64,000 bases of DNA from a virus. The stretch is from positions 31,872-95,871 of the IMG/VR virus record IMGVR_UViG_3300020045_009879; one strand, given 5' to 3'. The notes beneath the pieces are model-generated. The model was not told where the DNA came from. It searched no databases and saw nothing but the letters and a program-made list of their open reading frames with translations. This document shows, piece after piece, positions 18,901 to 28,400 of this stretch. Within the stretch, counting starts at the first letter, position 1; each line of letters starts with the position of its first letter. The position numbers were made by a program, and so were the translations under genes.

Positions 18901-20231
18901 CTAATACCATCGACCTGTCCTATTGATGTTTCTGCCTTAGATATTACATCTTTTTTCCCAGATAATAGTGCTGCGTCTTTTAAATCCTTAACTGCGCCCT
19001 CGACTCTTTTATATGCAGGAACAATATAATGTGTTATGGCAGTATTACCACCACCGCCAATGGCACCGAGCATCATGGATTCTAAACCCTGTGGTTCAAC
19101 TAAATGTGATAATGATCTAGATAAATTGTGTTTGAATTTATCGCCCTGTTCGCCCTTTAAAGACGATTCTGACTGTGCTATATAGTTAACGCCCTCTTCT
19201 GCGCCTTCCTGCAATGATTCTATGCCAATAGATCTTGCAATACCCCCCTCTAACTTAGTTATGGTTCCACGTGCTCCAGTAAATAGTCCTGCAGATGTTA
19301 GGTTAGATAATACGTTCAATCTGTTAATACTAACGCTTACGTCGGCAGCAGCAGAGGCTGCATCTCTAGCATCATCATCAGACATTCCCTGTGCCATCTT
19401 CATCTGATACACCTGTTGATATTGCGGCACAGCCTCCATAACGCTCTCTGCCTGATTTAGAGCCACGGCATTCAATACTGTGGGGGCAGCATATAATCTT
19501 TTTGCTACAGAGTTTTCTATGAACTTAGGAATAGCACTCTCAGTTATCTTTCCTGCACTAAGCAGCTTTTGTGCACGTGCATTCGCGCCTAGTTTTAATG
19601 CTTCTATACCGGTCTTACCAGCAACAGCATCAGCAGCAGCAGACATCAACCCACCAGTTATATATCCAGTAAGAGCAAAAGATCCAACAGAGTTTAATAG
19701 TTGCGATAAATTATCCCAGTTATAACCACTGTCAGAGAAATTAAATGACTCTCCTGGGTTTTTCCTGTAGATAGGTGCTTTTGAATTAACCCATGCCATC
19801 ATAGAGTCGGTGGCCTTTTCTATTGGATTGCCATACTCATTGTCAATATTAGCATAGTCCTCAAAGTCTAATATATCTGCAAGATTACCTATTGTCCCGA
19901 GTATTGTGTTAGGGATAAGCCTCTTAGCAGTATTAAACATCTGCTGATAACCAGACTGAGAGTCTGCCCTAAGCGCATTAATATTAGTATCTTCGGAGAG
20001 TAGTGCAGCATTAGGAATGTATTCTGAATAATTTCCAATAGGTTCAACCATGCCAGCAGTATCATAGGATACTCTAGAGGCAATCTTTGGATCATACACA
20101 TCCCTTGGTTTGCCTATGTTATATATAGGATTACCAAACGCATCGCGTTCGTAAGATGCAGCATTCTCTATCTGTGCAATTTGATTTTGCTTATATAATG
20201 GTTTGGCTGAATTTGGAATCATTATTTCCAA
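15963..20231 (-). CDS. Giant virion cargo/ejection protein (first of the vRNAP cluster)
   Basis: 1422 aa; N-terminal Gly/Ala-rich hydrophobic helices and EGAEEGVNY motif typical of ejected proteins; synteny. Confidence 0.75.
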   Translation of the reverse strand: MEIMIPNSAKPLYKQNQIAQIENAASYERDAFGNPIYNIGKPRDVYDPKIASRVSYDTAGMVEPIGNYSEYIPNAALLSEDTNINALRADSQSGYQQMFNTAKRLIPNTILGTIGNLADILDFEDYANIDNEYGNPIEKATDSMMAWVNSKAPIYRKNPGESFNFSDSGYNWDNLSQLLNSVGSFALTGYITGGLMSAAADAVAGKTGIEALKLGANARAQKLLSAGKITESAIPKFIENSVAKRLYAAPTVLNAVALNQAESVMEAVPQYQQVYQMKMAQGMSDDDARDAASAAADVSVSINRLNVLSNLTSAGLFTGARGTITKLEGGIARSIGIESLQEGAEEGVNYIAQSESSLKGEQGDKFKHNLSRSLSHLVEPQGLESMMLGAIGGGGNTAITHYIVPAYKRVEGAVKDLKDAALLSGKKDVISKAETSIGQVDGIRDFMTSKDVDADPEAFGYDMAISSVAVDALNSEEGVGINLSGTQTKIAAFQNVLENRNSTPKEKERAQLAIEKLNSVVKFAKGEDLSGRENAKEILGYVIGINVLKDKIESTDKEIENQKSLEQNINFDGTLDEKLFNSKDNIKNLIALRSNLTTMMDEAKEAYKAAISEETRDALRSDRKKQAEEVKNQIDNAKATKNAADITPKTEPIVIETPIGEKQIYANEVVRTTPSVDNVNSVIPSIVTNSGNSVQEEYMHSKYVTSSEDGTQKVKDNIVKLTSVPQDKYEDITGSKFDKENPAVHLVKENGVNGNPDNFFTLFPTPDGKKFKIRHLTNATSELEAIVLVMKGAQELNNQLHMFQAVENPDTKVVIGENIIGKDIYDQVVAHVAEGGQLDMSSIIKTYSDKKEVEPTNKRPDRIVNRSPKEARELASKILDSEKKSTLMDTRKRLMAIAVNYLASKYSYVKNESTGEWLIKSNPDSVNQEFLKNSDFSFTNGAKITLRVVDGAVKSIQRGINGRPIVNEKDGSYATKDVSPSDAAKDNLTYGDNKKNEMPIGIFINDELVGYLPEHAWLEERNDARERTHIAPADNKEGETKIVQDIDSIDKLREEFKKQFNKGNKNFKVESKITNVGAGMIFSTEEKMPITESAPNLEEDVKKYTGSSGNMWGFMQGGVAQDVNGNPITNGIMFKAIDGTPVVMVPTANGMLSPQIAYASPLGEKWSASIGTALEMFYKNKGVKDILHDLGSKYRLRNGLNPETKSIDQLRRMGLYSYITTLLNSSKSKGWQFHMNFDENDKFVIEWKHAGSTKTIFEAVKPTNAEINMLTSDASSMLMNFSKKHLGLDNNGNTDNNVIMIHPDGTHTVEAETISDFYKNNRMIQFKVAGEIPFGNTTKGVYFVQPVLEFEIPNISVESKKPIVEVLTVVPIVTETVADNSNTSKKIEVIGSSNEVTITSGGFEITMDDDEEIENIHDICKK

Positions 20232-21841
20232 GCTTTAGATGAGCGATATATATCTTCGGCCCTCTGGATTGAATTTGTTGCGTCTTGATCTCGCTGAGAA
20301 GACGTCTCTGGATTATGGAGAACATTTACGGCCTTTTTTGCTGCATAATATAGGGGAGAGGTGGGGTTAATATTGATCGTTCGCGGTGGCATACGTTTTG
20401 TCCCCTCCTTGTACTCAATTAATACTGATATAAATGGTTTCCCGGTTCCATTGAAACTTCGCCTACCATCTTTGTCTACCAAAGATTTACCCTGAAATCC
20501 AAGATGAGTAACTTCCGTGTTAGTTATTTCGGCAGTACCATCCTTAATTTTCTCTAAAAGATCATTATCCTCAGAAGAGTAACCTCTATTCACAAAATCT
20601 CCAGAGATCAAACCATACCGCAGTGGTTCGTCTAACGTTTGCCTTATATTGTAAAGAACTTCTTCCGACGCTGTCTTTCCAAGGTCGGCTACTTGTCCTT
20701 TATTTATTCTAAATTTCTGTGTATGTGTGAAATATGGATCTGTCCTTAATTCGTCTTTTAACTGTTCTCTCTTTTGCACTAATCCCTCAGGATCAAATAA
20801 TCCAGATTTATCCAGTATTGATGGAGTATAATCTCTCCATTTTTGATTTTCCTCTGTAATTCTGCGCTGCATACTATCATAATCATACTTGCCATTAGTT
20901 AATTGCCTTGTGGCAACATCTAATTGCTCTTTCTTGACTGGATTTTCTGCTGCCAAAGTTAATACATCATCACTGGGTTGTAGTATGTTTAATGTTGAAC
21001 TATCTTCCTGATCAATAAAGTCCGTTCTGGTTTCTTTCGCCCCATTTTTGCCCTTATAGTTTTCTTTCATATATTGTGCTGAGACCGGTGCACGCTCCAT
21101 TCCACCAACAACACCAGACATAATACCGCCGGTAATAGCATCTCTTACCTCTGAATGTGTGGGATCTAAACCCCTAGATTTTGCTATCTCATTAACCTGT
21201 GCATCAACAAGGCTCTTAAATTTAGGATCTGTCTGATATGCTTTAAATGCATCATCCTGAGTTTTAAATCCATGGACGAAATTCATTATGCCAAGATCAA
21301 GATCTGTTGTGTCTCTTCCAGTAATACCCTGTGCATAATTCTTTCCATATGCGGCCCCAAGACCAGTGAGTTTATCTCTGCTTACAACCTGAAAACTATT
21401 TAATGCACTAGGATCTTTCCTGTATTCATCGAAGGATTTCTCTAGTGGACTTGTTCCTACGATAATGTTATCACCATCCATTCTGGCCTTAGAATACTCT
21501 GCGCCCCATTTCTCTCTCGTCTTGGCAAAGTCCTGCATTGGTAAAACCTGGGTGGCGTATAATTGCCTAAGTTGTCTTGCATCGTCTACATTCTTCTGTG
21601 TGGCGCCTTCTTTGGATATTTTATTAAGAACTTCGTTATACTTCTTAGTAAACTCTTCTTGCTTAGGTGCAGCCTCTCCTAATGCCCCTTGTAAGGTCAA
21701 ATTAGCCTCATTCATGGCATCAACCTGAGACGTTAGCGCTTGATCCCTCTTGTATAGTTCTTGCGGCCCAAACATGGACTCCTGCATTGTCATTGGAGAA
21801 TATTCTGCAATTGGTGCATTTCCCCAGAATCTATTTGCCAT
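20222..21841 (-). CDS. Virion cargo protein (crAss C2-like)
   Basis: 539 aa; N-terminal YSPMTMQE..P motif; lies between C1-like genes and the giant trio. Confidence 0.6.
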   Translation of the reverse strand: MANRFWGNAPIAEYSPMTMQESMFGPQELYKRDQALTSQVDAMNEANLTLQGALGEAAPKQEEFTKKYNEVLNKISKEGATQKNVDDARQLRQLYATQVLPMQDFAKTREKWGAEYSKARMDGDNIIVGTSPLEKSFDEYRKDPSALNSFQVVSRDKLTGLGAAYGKNYAQGITGRDTTDLDLGIMNFVHGFKTQDDAFKAYQTDPKFKSLVDAQVNEIAKSRGLDPTHSEVRDAITGGIMSGVVGGMERAPVSAQYMKENYKGKNGAKETRTDFIDQEDSSTLNILQPSDDVLTLAAENPVKKEQLDVATRQLTNGKYDYDSMQRRITEENQKWRDYTPSILDKSGLFDPEGLVQKREQLKDELRTDPYFTHTQKFRINKGQVADLGKTASEEVLYNIRQTLDEPLRYGLISGDFVNRGYSSEDNDLLEKIKDGTAEITNTEVTHLGFQGKSLVDKDGRRSFNGTGKPFISVLIEYKEGTKRMPPRTININPTSPLYYAAKKAVNVLHNPETSSQRDQDATNSIQRAEDIYRSSKAWK

Positions 21842-21855
21842 ATAATTATTTTTTA

Positions 21856-21886
21856 CAAATGTAGTGTATTATTAGCGCAGATGCAA
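21856..21886 (-). promoter_or_regulatory. Bacteroidota primary-sigma promoter (-33/-7)
   Basis: Minus strand TTG-N20-TACATTTG just upstream of the ATG at 21841. Confidence 0.75.
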
Positions 21887-21919
21887 TATATCAATTAGTC
21901 CATTAGATTAACAGAACCT

Positions 21920-24595
21920 TCATGATGGATGCACTGAAGATAACTTCTGTTTGGTTACCTTTGGATTCTGTTTATAAACAACCTGTGCCTTTTTCTTTGG
22001 GTCTGTAATCTTAGTGCCATCAGAAGAATATCCATATATTCTCTCTGCAAGTTTATTTTGCACATTTTCCTTACCGATCTGTCCTAGTTGCGTAAATGCT
22101 GCAGACCTGCGTTGTTGTTCCTGATTAGTAAAACCCTGAGACAATTCTTTATTAGTAATATCCATATCCTTACGAGATAATGCCTCTTTGGCACCCATCT
22201 CTGCATTAAACATATTGACTTTATTAACATTCTCCAGATTATATTGTTCGGCAGAATTTTTAAGCCCAGTATTCTTTCCATAAATATCAGTTAATGCTTC
22301 ACCCGCAGACCTACCTGTTGCACGATTTAATCCCTGTAGGCCACTTCTCATTGCTGAAGCAGAACCGCCAGCGACACTAGATAATACGTCTACACCTGTT
22401 CTATACTGAGAACCAAGTTGTTCTGTTACTGGTGCAGTAGATAAGTAGTCTGGCGCAAACTTTTGTGCATTAACTCTTGGTAACATTAAATCATTGGGAA
22501 TGTTACTTGGTTTACGTCCAGGGATTAGATTGGCAAATACTGGCGCCATGCGAAGAAGATTACTATAATCAAAACCTCCGCCGGTTATGTCTGGATGCAA
22601 TTGAGTAAAATCTGGAGTAGGTGCCAATTCATTTGGCGGTGGAGTTACTGCAAGAGATAGAGATCTTGGTTGTAATGGAGATAAATTGCCCGGTCTAATT
22701 GGTTTCTTTGCATAAACACCTACATCACCAGTATCCTGCGGTCTTGCCTTGCTATCATAATAGTTTGGATTATCCTGTGTAGAATAATTCATATTAGGAA
22801 TCTGAAATGGAGTCGGAGTATTAATACCAGTAATACCATTAGGTTGTGTATTATTCACCTCCGGCAATCCGTTTACTTTTGCATTATATGCAAGTGTTCC
22901 TGCTCCGCCAACAATACCTGCGGCCATAAACTTTCTTGCATTATCCGCATCCTGTGCGGCAAACTGAGATGACTGGAGTGTTGGCGCATTGCCAGAATAT
23001 TTTGGAATAGCAGTGGTTGGTTGTGCCACTGTTGTAGCCTCTCTTCCTGCTAATTCCTCTGCCCTATAAGCCTTATTCATAGCATCCTTAACAGTTCCTG
23101 CAGCCCTTCCAGTTGCACCCAATACTGGCATTCCTGCGGCATATGCATCTGGACCAGTTGCTGATCCAGTAAGATAATTTAATAATGCAGTAGGGGGGAA
23201 AATATTACCAAAACCTTTTAATACTTCACCAGCTGGAGCTATTTGCCCGGCATTTTCTATAGCAGAATCAACCCATTTATCTGTAGTTGTTCTTGGATCA
23301 CGTGCGGACATTTTGGTGCCCCAAGGATATAAATTACCACCATCTGCACTAATGTTATATTTCTTTGCAGCAACCCATGGTTTCCATCCCTGTTTTGAGT
23401 GCAACTCGGCAGCCTTCATAATATTGTACTCTGGGTTAAAAACATCACCACCCAAATAAACCTCTGGATGATATTTACTGTTAAACTGAAATAATCCACT
23501 ATCATTACCGCCACCAGGATTTCTTTTCTCTCCCCTAAAGGTTTTTGCATTGCCGGCAGATTCACCCATCATAACTTTAGCAGCATTAGACCATTGATCT
23601 TCTTTAAAATACTTTTTAATCAAATCGAGATATGGAACGTTGGGTGGCACGGTATTAGTCTGAGATACTGCATTATCAATCTTCTGTTGTACTGGTGCAT
23701 ATACAGACTGAGCCACGGATGATGGCGGAGTAGATTCTGTTACTTGTTGTCCGCTTTGTGGTGATACAATTTGTGGCATTTCGTTATTGCCATATTTTTC
23801 AGCAAGTCTTTTTCTGCTAAGCTCTTGAATTAATGGATGATCAAAAATAGATCCGCCACTGGCCAACATTCTGATGCCGGCAATATCTGCATCAGTAAGG
23901 TTAACTGGTTTAATATCTCCGCCCAAAACATATTTATTTTTCTCATCAGTAAGATTATTCTCTATGAGTCTCTGGTAATATGATTGCTGGGGATTGTCTG
24001 AAAGATTTCTAAAGTCGCCCTCGTGATCAGACATGATTGATTTTGCAAACTTATCAATTGTAGGGAACTGTCCTGTTTGTGCAAGGTAATTTTTAACGAA
24101 TTCTAAGGTGGGTGCATGTTCTCTCTCAACCTCTACACCATTTTTAATCTCTCTTTGCAAAGATACTTTACCACCATTAGCAAATTCTGCCTCAGCAGTT
24201 GGAATTCTGGCTGGCTGCTGACCAAATCTTGGTGGTGCCGAAGGATAACGAGTAGTATCATTAAATCCAGTGGCAGCTTTTTTGCTCTGCAGATTTAATA
24301 CATCTTCTTGCCATCTTTTATACGCACCACTTTCATTAACTTCATCACGACCCTTAGACTCGCTAAGGTATTTCTTTTGTTGTAGATTAAGGTCCATGTT
24401 GCCATGTAGATCCATAAAGTCGTTGGTGGACAATCCTTTGCCGGTTATGGGTACATCGCCAACCATATTAGGATTATTACCGGCAAACTTCTTTTGCTCG
24501 TCATATAATTCTTTAAGTAATTTTCTGGTGGTTCCAGAATCTACTCCGTACGTTGTTTCAATGGCCTTTGCCCTAGTTGCAAAATTTGGTTTCAT
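21920..24595 (-). CDS. Virion cargo protein (C-terminal part of crAss C1-like) with inserted DUF5661-like and lytic transglycosylase (SLT) domains
   Basis: GVEVEREH...IMSDH...YYQRL; VMMGESAGN...DSGLFQFN...NPEYNI..A...GWKPW; C-terminal LRMAPV...LGQIGKEN. Confidence 0.7.
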   Translation of the reverse strand: MKPNFATRAKAIETTYGVDSGTTRKLLKELYDEQKKFAGNNPNMVGDVPITGKGLSTNDFMDLHGNMDLNLQQKKYLSESKGRDEVNESGAYKRWQEDVLNLQSKKAATGFNDTTRYPSAPPRFGQQPARIPTAEAEFANGGKVSLQREIKNGVEVEREHAPTLEFVKNYLAQTGQFPTIDKFAKSIMSDHEGDFRNLSDNPQQSYYQRLIENNLTDEKNKYVLGGDIKPVNLTDADIAGIRMLASGGSIFDHPLIQELSRKRLAEKYGNNEMPQIVSPQSGQQVTESTPPSSVAQSVYAPVQQKIDNAVSQTNTVPPNVPYLDLIKKYFKEDQWSNAAKVMMGESAGNAKTFRGEKRNPGGGNDSGLFQFNSKYHPEVYLGGDVFNPEYNIMKAAELHSKQGWKPWVAAKKYNISADGGNLYPWGTKMSARDPRTTTDKWVDSAIENAGQIAPAGEVLKGFGNIFPPTALLNYLTGSATGPDAYAAGMPVLGATGRAAGTVKDAMNKAYRAEELAGREATTVAQPTTAIPKYSGNAPTLQSSQFAAQDADNARKFMAAGIVGGAGTLAYNAKVNGLPEVNNTQPNGITGINTPTPFQIPNMNYSTQDNPNYYDSKARPQDTGDVGVYAKKPIRPGNLSPLQPRSLSLAVTPPPNELAPTPDFTQLHPDITGGGFDYSNLLRMAPVFANLIPGRKPSNIPNDLMLPRVNAQKFAPDYLSTAPVTEQLGSQYRTGVDVLSSVAGGSASAMRSGLQGLNRATGRSAGEALTDIYGKNTGLKNSAEQYNLENVNKVNMFNAEMGAKEALSRKDMDITNKELSQGFTNQEQQRRSAAFTQLGQIGKENVQNKLAERIYGYSSDGTKITDPKKKAQVVYKQNPKVTKQKLSSVHPS

Positions 24596-24604
24596 ATCTT
24601 GCTA

Positions 24605-25456
24605 TTAATAATCTGTAAATAAATAACCACCAGTAGCATGAACATTCTTCATTTTACCTCCATGGCAAAATTGTGGTTGTTGTGGTATCAGTCCCTGTTC
24701 CGCAGCTTCCTTCATTTGTTTAGCCTCTTCGTTGGCCATTTTAAGGCGATTTAAGAACACTTCTTGCCCCTTCTGGGCAATTGAATCATTAGGTCTATCT
24801 TTGATGTATTTAGAGGCCAATTTAGACGCTGCAGCGAATGTTTTGCCTTCATATTTCTCTGGCAGGTTATACTCCTTAGCACCCATAACTGGAAGTCTAT
24901 CTGAATAGATAAAATCCTTAACCTTAGTTTCACCCTGTTCTACGAGATTTGGCTGACCATTTTGCTGTGATATCCCCTGCGGTATTCCGTTAAGTGGGTT
25001 CTGTTCGTGTCGACCACCTGTATTGAACTGCGTAATACCTGGAAGTTCGCCTCCATCGGCAGCATAAATATTACCTGTCTGAGAATTAATACCAGACATC
25101 ATCAAATCACCTTTGGCCTGATTGCTCATTCTATTTGCAAAATCCATTCTTTGTTTATCTTTGGAGGCTGTGATGGCACTTATGCCGCCACCAACTAACG
25201 CACCAACGCCCATACCTATTGGTCCTAATGCTGCTCCCGCGGAAGCTCCACTTAGCGCGCCCTTGGCTATTGCTCCACCAATAGAACCTTCTGGGGTCAA
25301 AAGATCCACGCCCTGACCAAGTATTCCCGCCCCACCAGCGATAGCACCCTGGTTCTTGTTCAAAAACTGGCCGGTTATACTGTCAAGACCCATGCCTCCC
25401 ATGAAGAATAGATTTCCGCCATGGCTTTTTATAATGGGCAGATTATTTTTATACAT
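24605..25456 (-). CDS. Virion cargo protein (N-terminal part of crAss C1-like) with glycine-zipper hydrophobic region
   Basis: GALSGASAGAALGPIGMGVGALVGGGI; GGRHEQNPLNGIPQG...PNLVEQGE...IYSDRL block characteristic of crAss cargo protein. Confidence 0.72.
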   Translation of the reverse strand: MYKNNLPIIKSHGGNLFFMGGMGLDSITGQFLNKNQGAIAGGAGILGQGVDLLTPEGSIGGAIAKGALSGASAGAALGPIGMGVGALVGGGISAITASKDKQRMDFANRMSNQAKGDLMMSGINSQTGNIYAADGGELPGITQFNTGGRHEQNPLNGIPQGISQQNGQPNLVEQGETKVKDFIYSDRLPVMGAKEYNLPEKYEGKTFAAASKLASKYIKDRPNDSIAQKGQEVFLNRLKMANEEAKQMKEAAEQGLIPQQPQFCHGGKMKNVHATGGYLFTDY

Positions 25457-25458
25457 AA

Positions 25459-28400
25459 TTATTGTCTTAAACTGTTGTAGTACAACGAGATATCATTTAA
25501 AAAAATACTTTTACTTGTTGTCCCTGGGAGATATTTTATCTTAATAAATAAGTGTTGTCCTCTCATCCTAGATATGGGATAGGTTGCGTCCCTTGGTATA
25601 TATAACCTAGAAATTCTAAACCTACGTTTTATTGAACTCATAATGGATGGTGTACTAGAAGTTGTAAGTACACTTGATGTTAGGTAGTCATTCCATGCGG
25701 AGAAATATGTTATATTATCTGCTCCGTCAGCAAAACTACTATTCTTAACGTCTGACGAGTAATTGGTATTTTTATCCGCAGTGCTAATAACATCATGCGT
25801 CCATTCTATTGCATTAAAAATATTATCATTAATACCGCCCTCTGGGTTTAGACAAATAGTTAACTCTAACTCCTTCTGTGCCCCGTAAAAGTTGCATGAA
25901 TTGCCACTGGTAAAATGGGTATATAATTGACTTGTATTACTTTTGGGTACAGAGTGCAGTTGTCCATCTACTGTGCAGAAGAACTCTGGAGAAAACTCAT
26001 ATATGCCAAAGAACTTGGAGGCGTTTTCATTAAACATCAAAACCTCTGAGGCTGGTGATGGTGGGGTTTCGGGAGAGGCATATCCTTTGGCGATGTCAAA
26101 TAGAACATCGTCGGTCATTGGATCATAACCTAGACTATATTCTGGCTTATATGTTAAGCTTGCATCAAAACCTTTTATATAAGATGATACAAGCATCTTA
26201 TCGCTAAGACCGGTTACCTGACTTCCATTAATAATATTAATAGTTCTACGAATCTTATCTGCATAATAAACGGCAGATGACGTAGATACAATACCGTTAA
26301 AATCATCACATCCAGATTGAGTATTTATATATTGATAAGTATTTAATACCTGTCCTGTACCTAGTTCTATTGCCACACTATCAGAACCCTGTATTTGCAC
26401 TCTTGGCAATATACTTAGTACACTTACACCATCTCTTTGAAAGCAATAAACAGTATCGTTAAGTTTCAGTAATCTATTAATATTACCATATTCTCCCTCT
26501 ACATACATTTCCTCATTTGAAAGGATGTCTAACCATGAGTCTATAATCTCTCCGGCCATCTTTGGTTTGCTCGCAAGTATTCTATTAGAGAAATTAGTAT
26601 TCTTTACGAATAGATATGGGTCTGGCATTGAAACTATTGCATTTCCCTCCTGAGAAAATACATTGTTATATTTATGAAACTCCTCATTGGTTGGAAGGAA
26701 TGTTGAGGACCATCCTGCAAAAGACATATCATTTCTATTAAAGATATTGATAGATGTCTCTACTGGAAATTTAACAATCTCTGTTAACTGTATTTTACTC
26801 TCAGAAAAACCAACGCCGTCGATCCTTGCAATTCTTGCAAATGTAAAGTCGCCCACAAATACATCCCCACTATCTATGATTAGATATGGAGTGGCCGCAT
26901 CCTCTATCTTATTATAATGACCAACCTCAATATATTTGTTAATAGTCCTGTCCTCGTATCTATTACCACCATATTGATTTATGAGCGGATTAACAATTTC
27001 CATTAGTAGTAGATCATCAGTACTCTCCATTCCGGCCCCAAGAGAACTAGTCATTAGCGTTTCATACGGCACCTCATTACTATCGACAAATGTAATATTT
27101 TGAGAGGCGATAGAATCTACCCCCATGATTGGTAATCCAAGTGTACGCTCGACAAATGTATCCCTATATTCATCTCTGCAGTCCGCAACAATCGTCTGAA
27201 GAGAATTGGAATATCTATATCTTGACAATCCATTATACTGTCTCACAAGAGAGTCGTTCTTTGCTAATTCTGGAGTTCCAAGAATAGTGCCCTCTGTGCC
27301 GCCGAGAGCGGAATGAAATACATAACTTCTATAATGATGGAGTAATTGTTCTGATTTTTGATCCAACTCACCATACGGTTTATTTGGGCCTATATATCCA
27401 TTAGCATTAATAAAATTACCATTTATCCCGGCATCATAAGCGTTATAAGTAGCAACAGAAAATAGGTTTGTCTTGGCCTCATCAGTTTGATCAAATTGAA
27501 CGTCTTCACCGTTAATGAGAATAAGTTTACCCCTTATTTTTCTAACGTCTTGTGTTAATGACCCAACAACTCTATATTTCATACCACTAGATAAGAGTGG
27601 ATCTGCAAAGACAGTATCGGGAGAATACAATTGCATTAGTCTATTTTCCTGGAAGGATATTTGTAATCCGGCCAATCCTGCTGGTAATGCATCATAATCC
27701 CTAAATATCTCAGTCCACGGCCATGGTCTATCACCATCAGTATGCCTAATTGCAGAAGTGGAGCCATATGGTGCCGCTCTATGCGGACTTATACATGAGT
27801 GATTAGACATGCCATATATCTTAACCTCGCGTTGTATCCCATCACCATGGGATGCCTCGTATGGTACATCTACCTGGTCTAATCTGTGACGAAGCCATGG
27901 TGATGGGACTTTAAGCATTTTTGGCGCCTGAAGGTCTCCGTGTCCAATAGTCTCATATGTCCCATCAAAATAAGATCCAGTCTGCCTGGAGGCAAAACTA
28001 GACGTATCCTGAAATATCATAGGAGAGACAATACCCTGTGCAACAATGGTCTTATCAACAGATGTTCTTTCCACGCGTAAAAACTTATATCCTATAACTC
28101 CCTGTGCAACCAATATGTCGTGACCAGTCGGAGATACAGTAAATTCAATGGCAACCCTAGTATCATTAGCCATTCCAGTATAAACTATGGGGATCCTAAC
28201 GTCAGCAATCCATTGTGGTTTAGACTTTTGTGATCTGCTATTATAAAATTGCACGGCCCATCTATATGTTTCACCTCGCTTCATAGAGCGAATTTCTTCC
28301 TCGTCATAGCCTGCAGTATTTATACTCGCTACAGACGTCTCTTTTATCTTATAAGAAAGATGTCTTCCCTCTCCACCATAAACGGTTCCAGCAACTTCAT

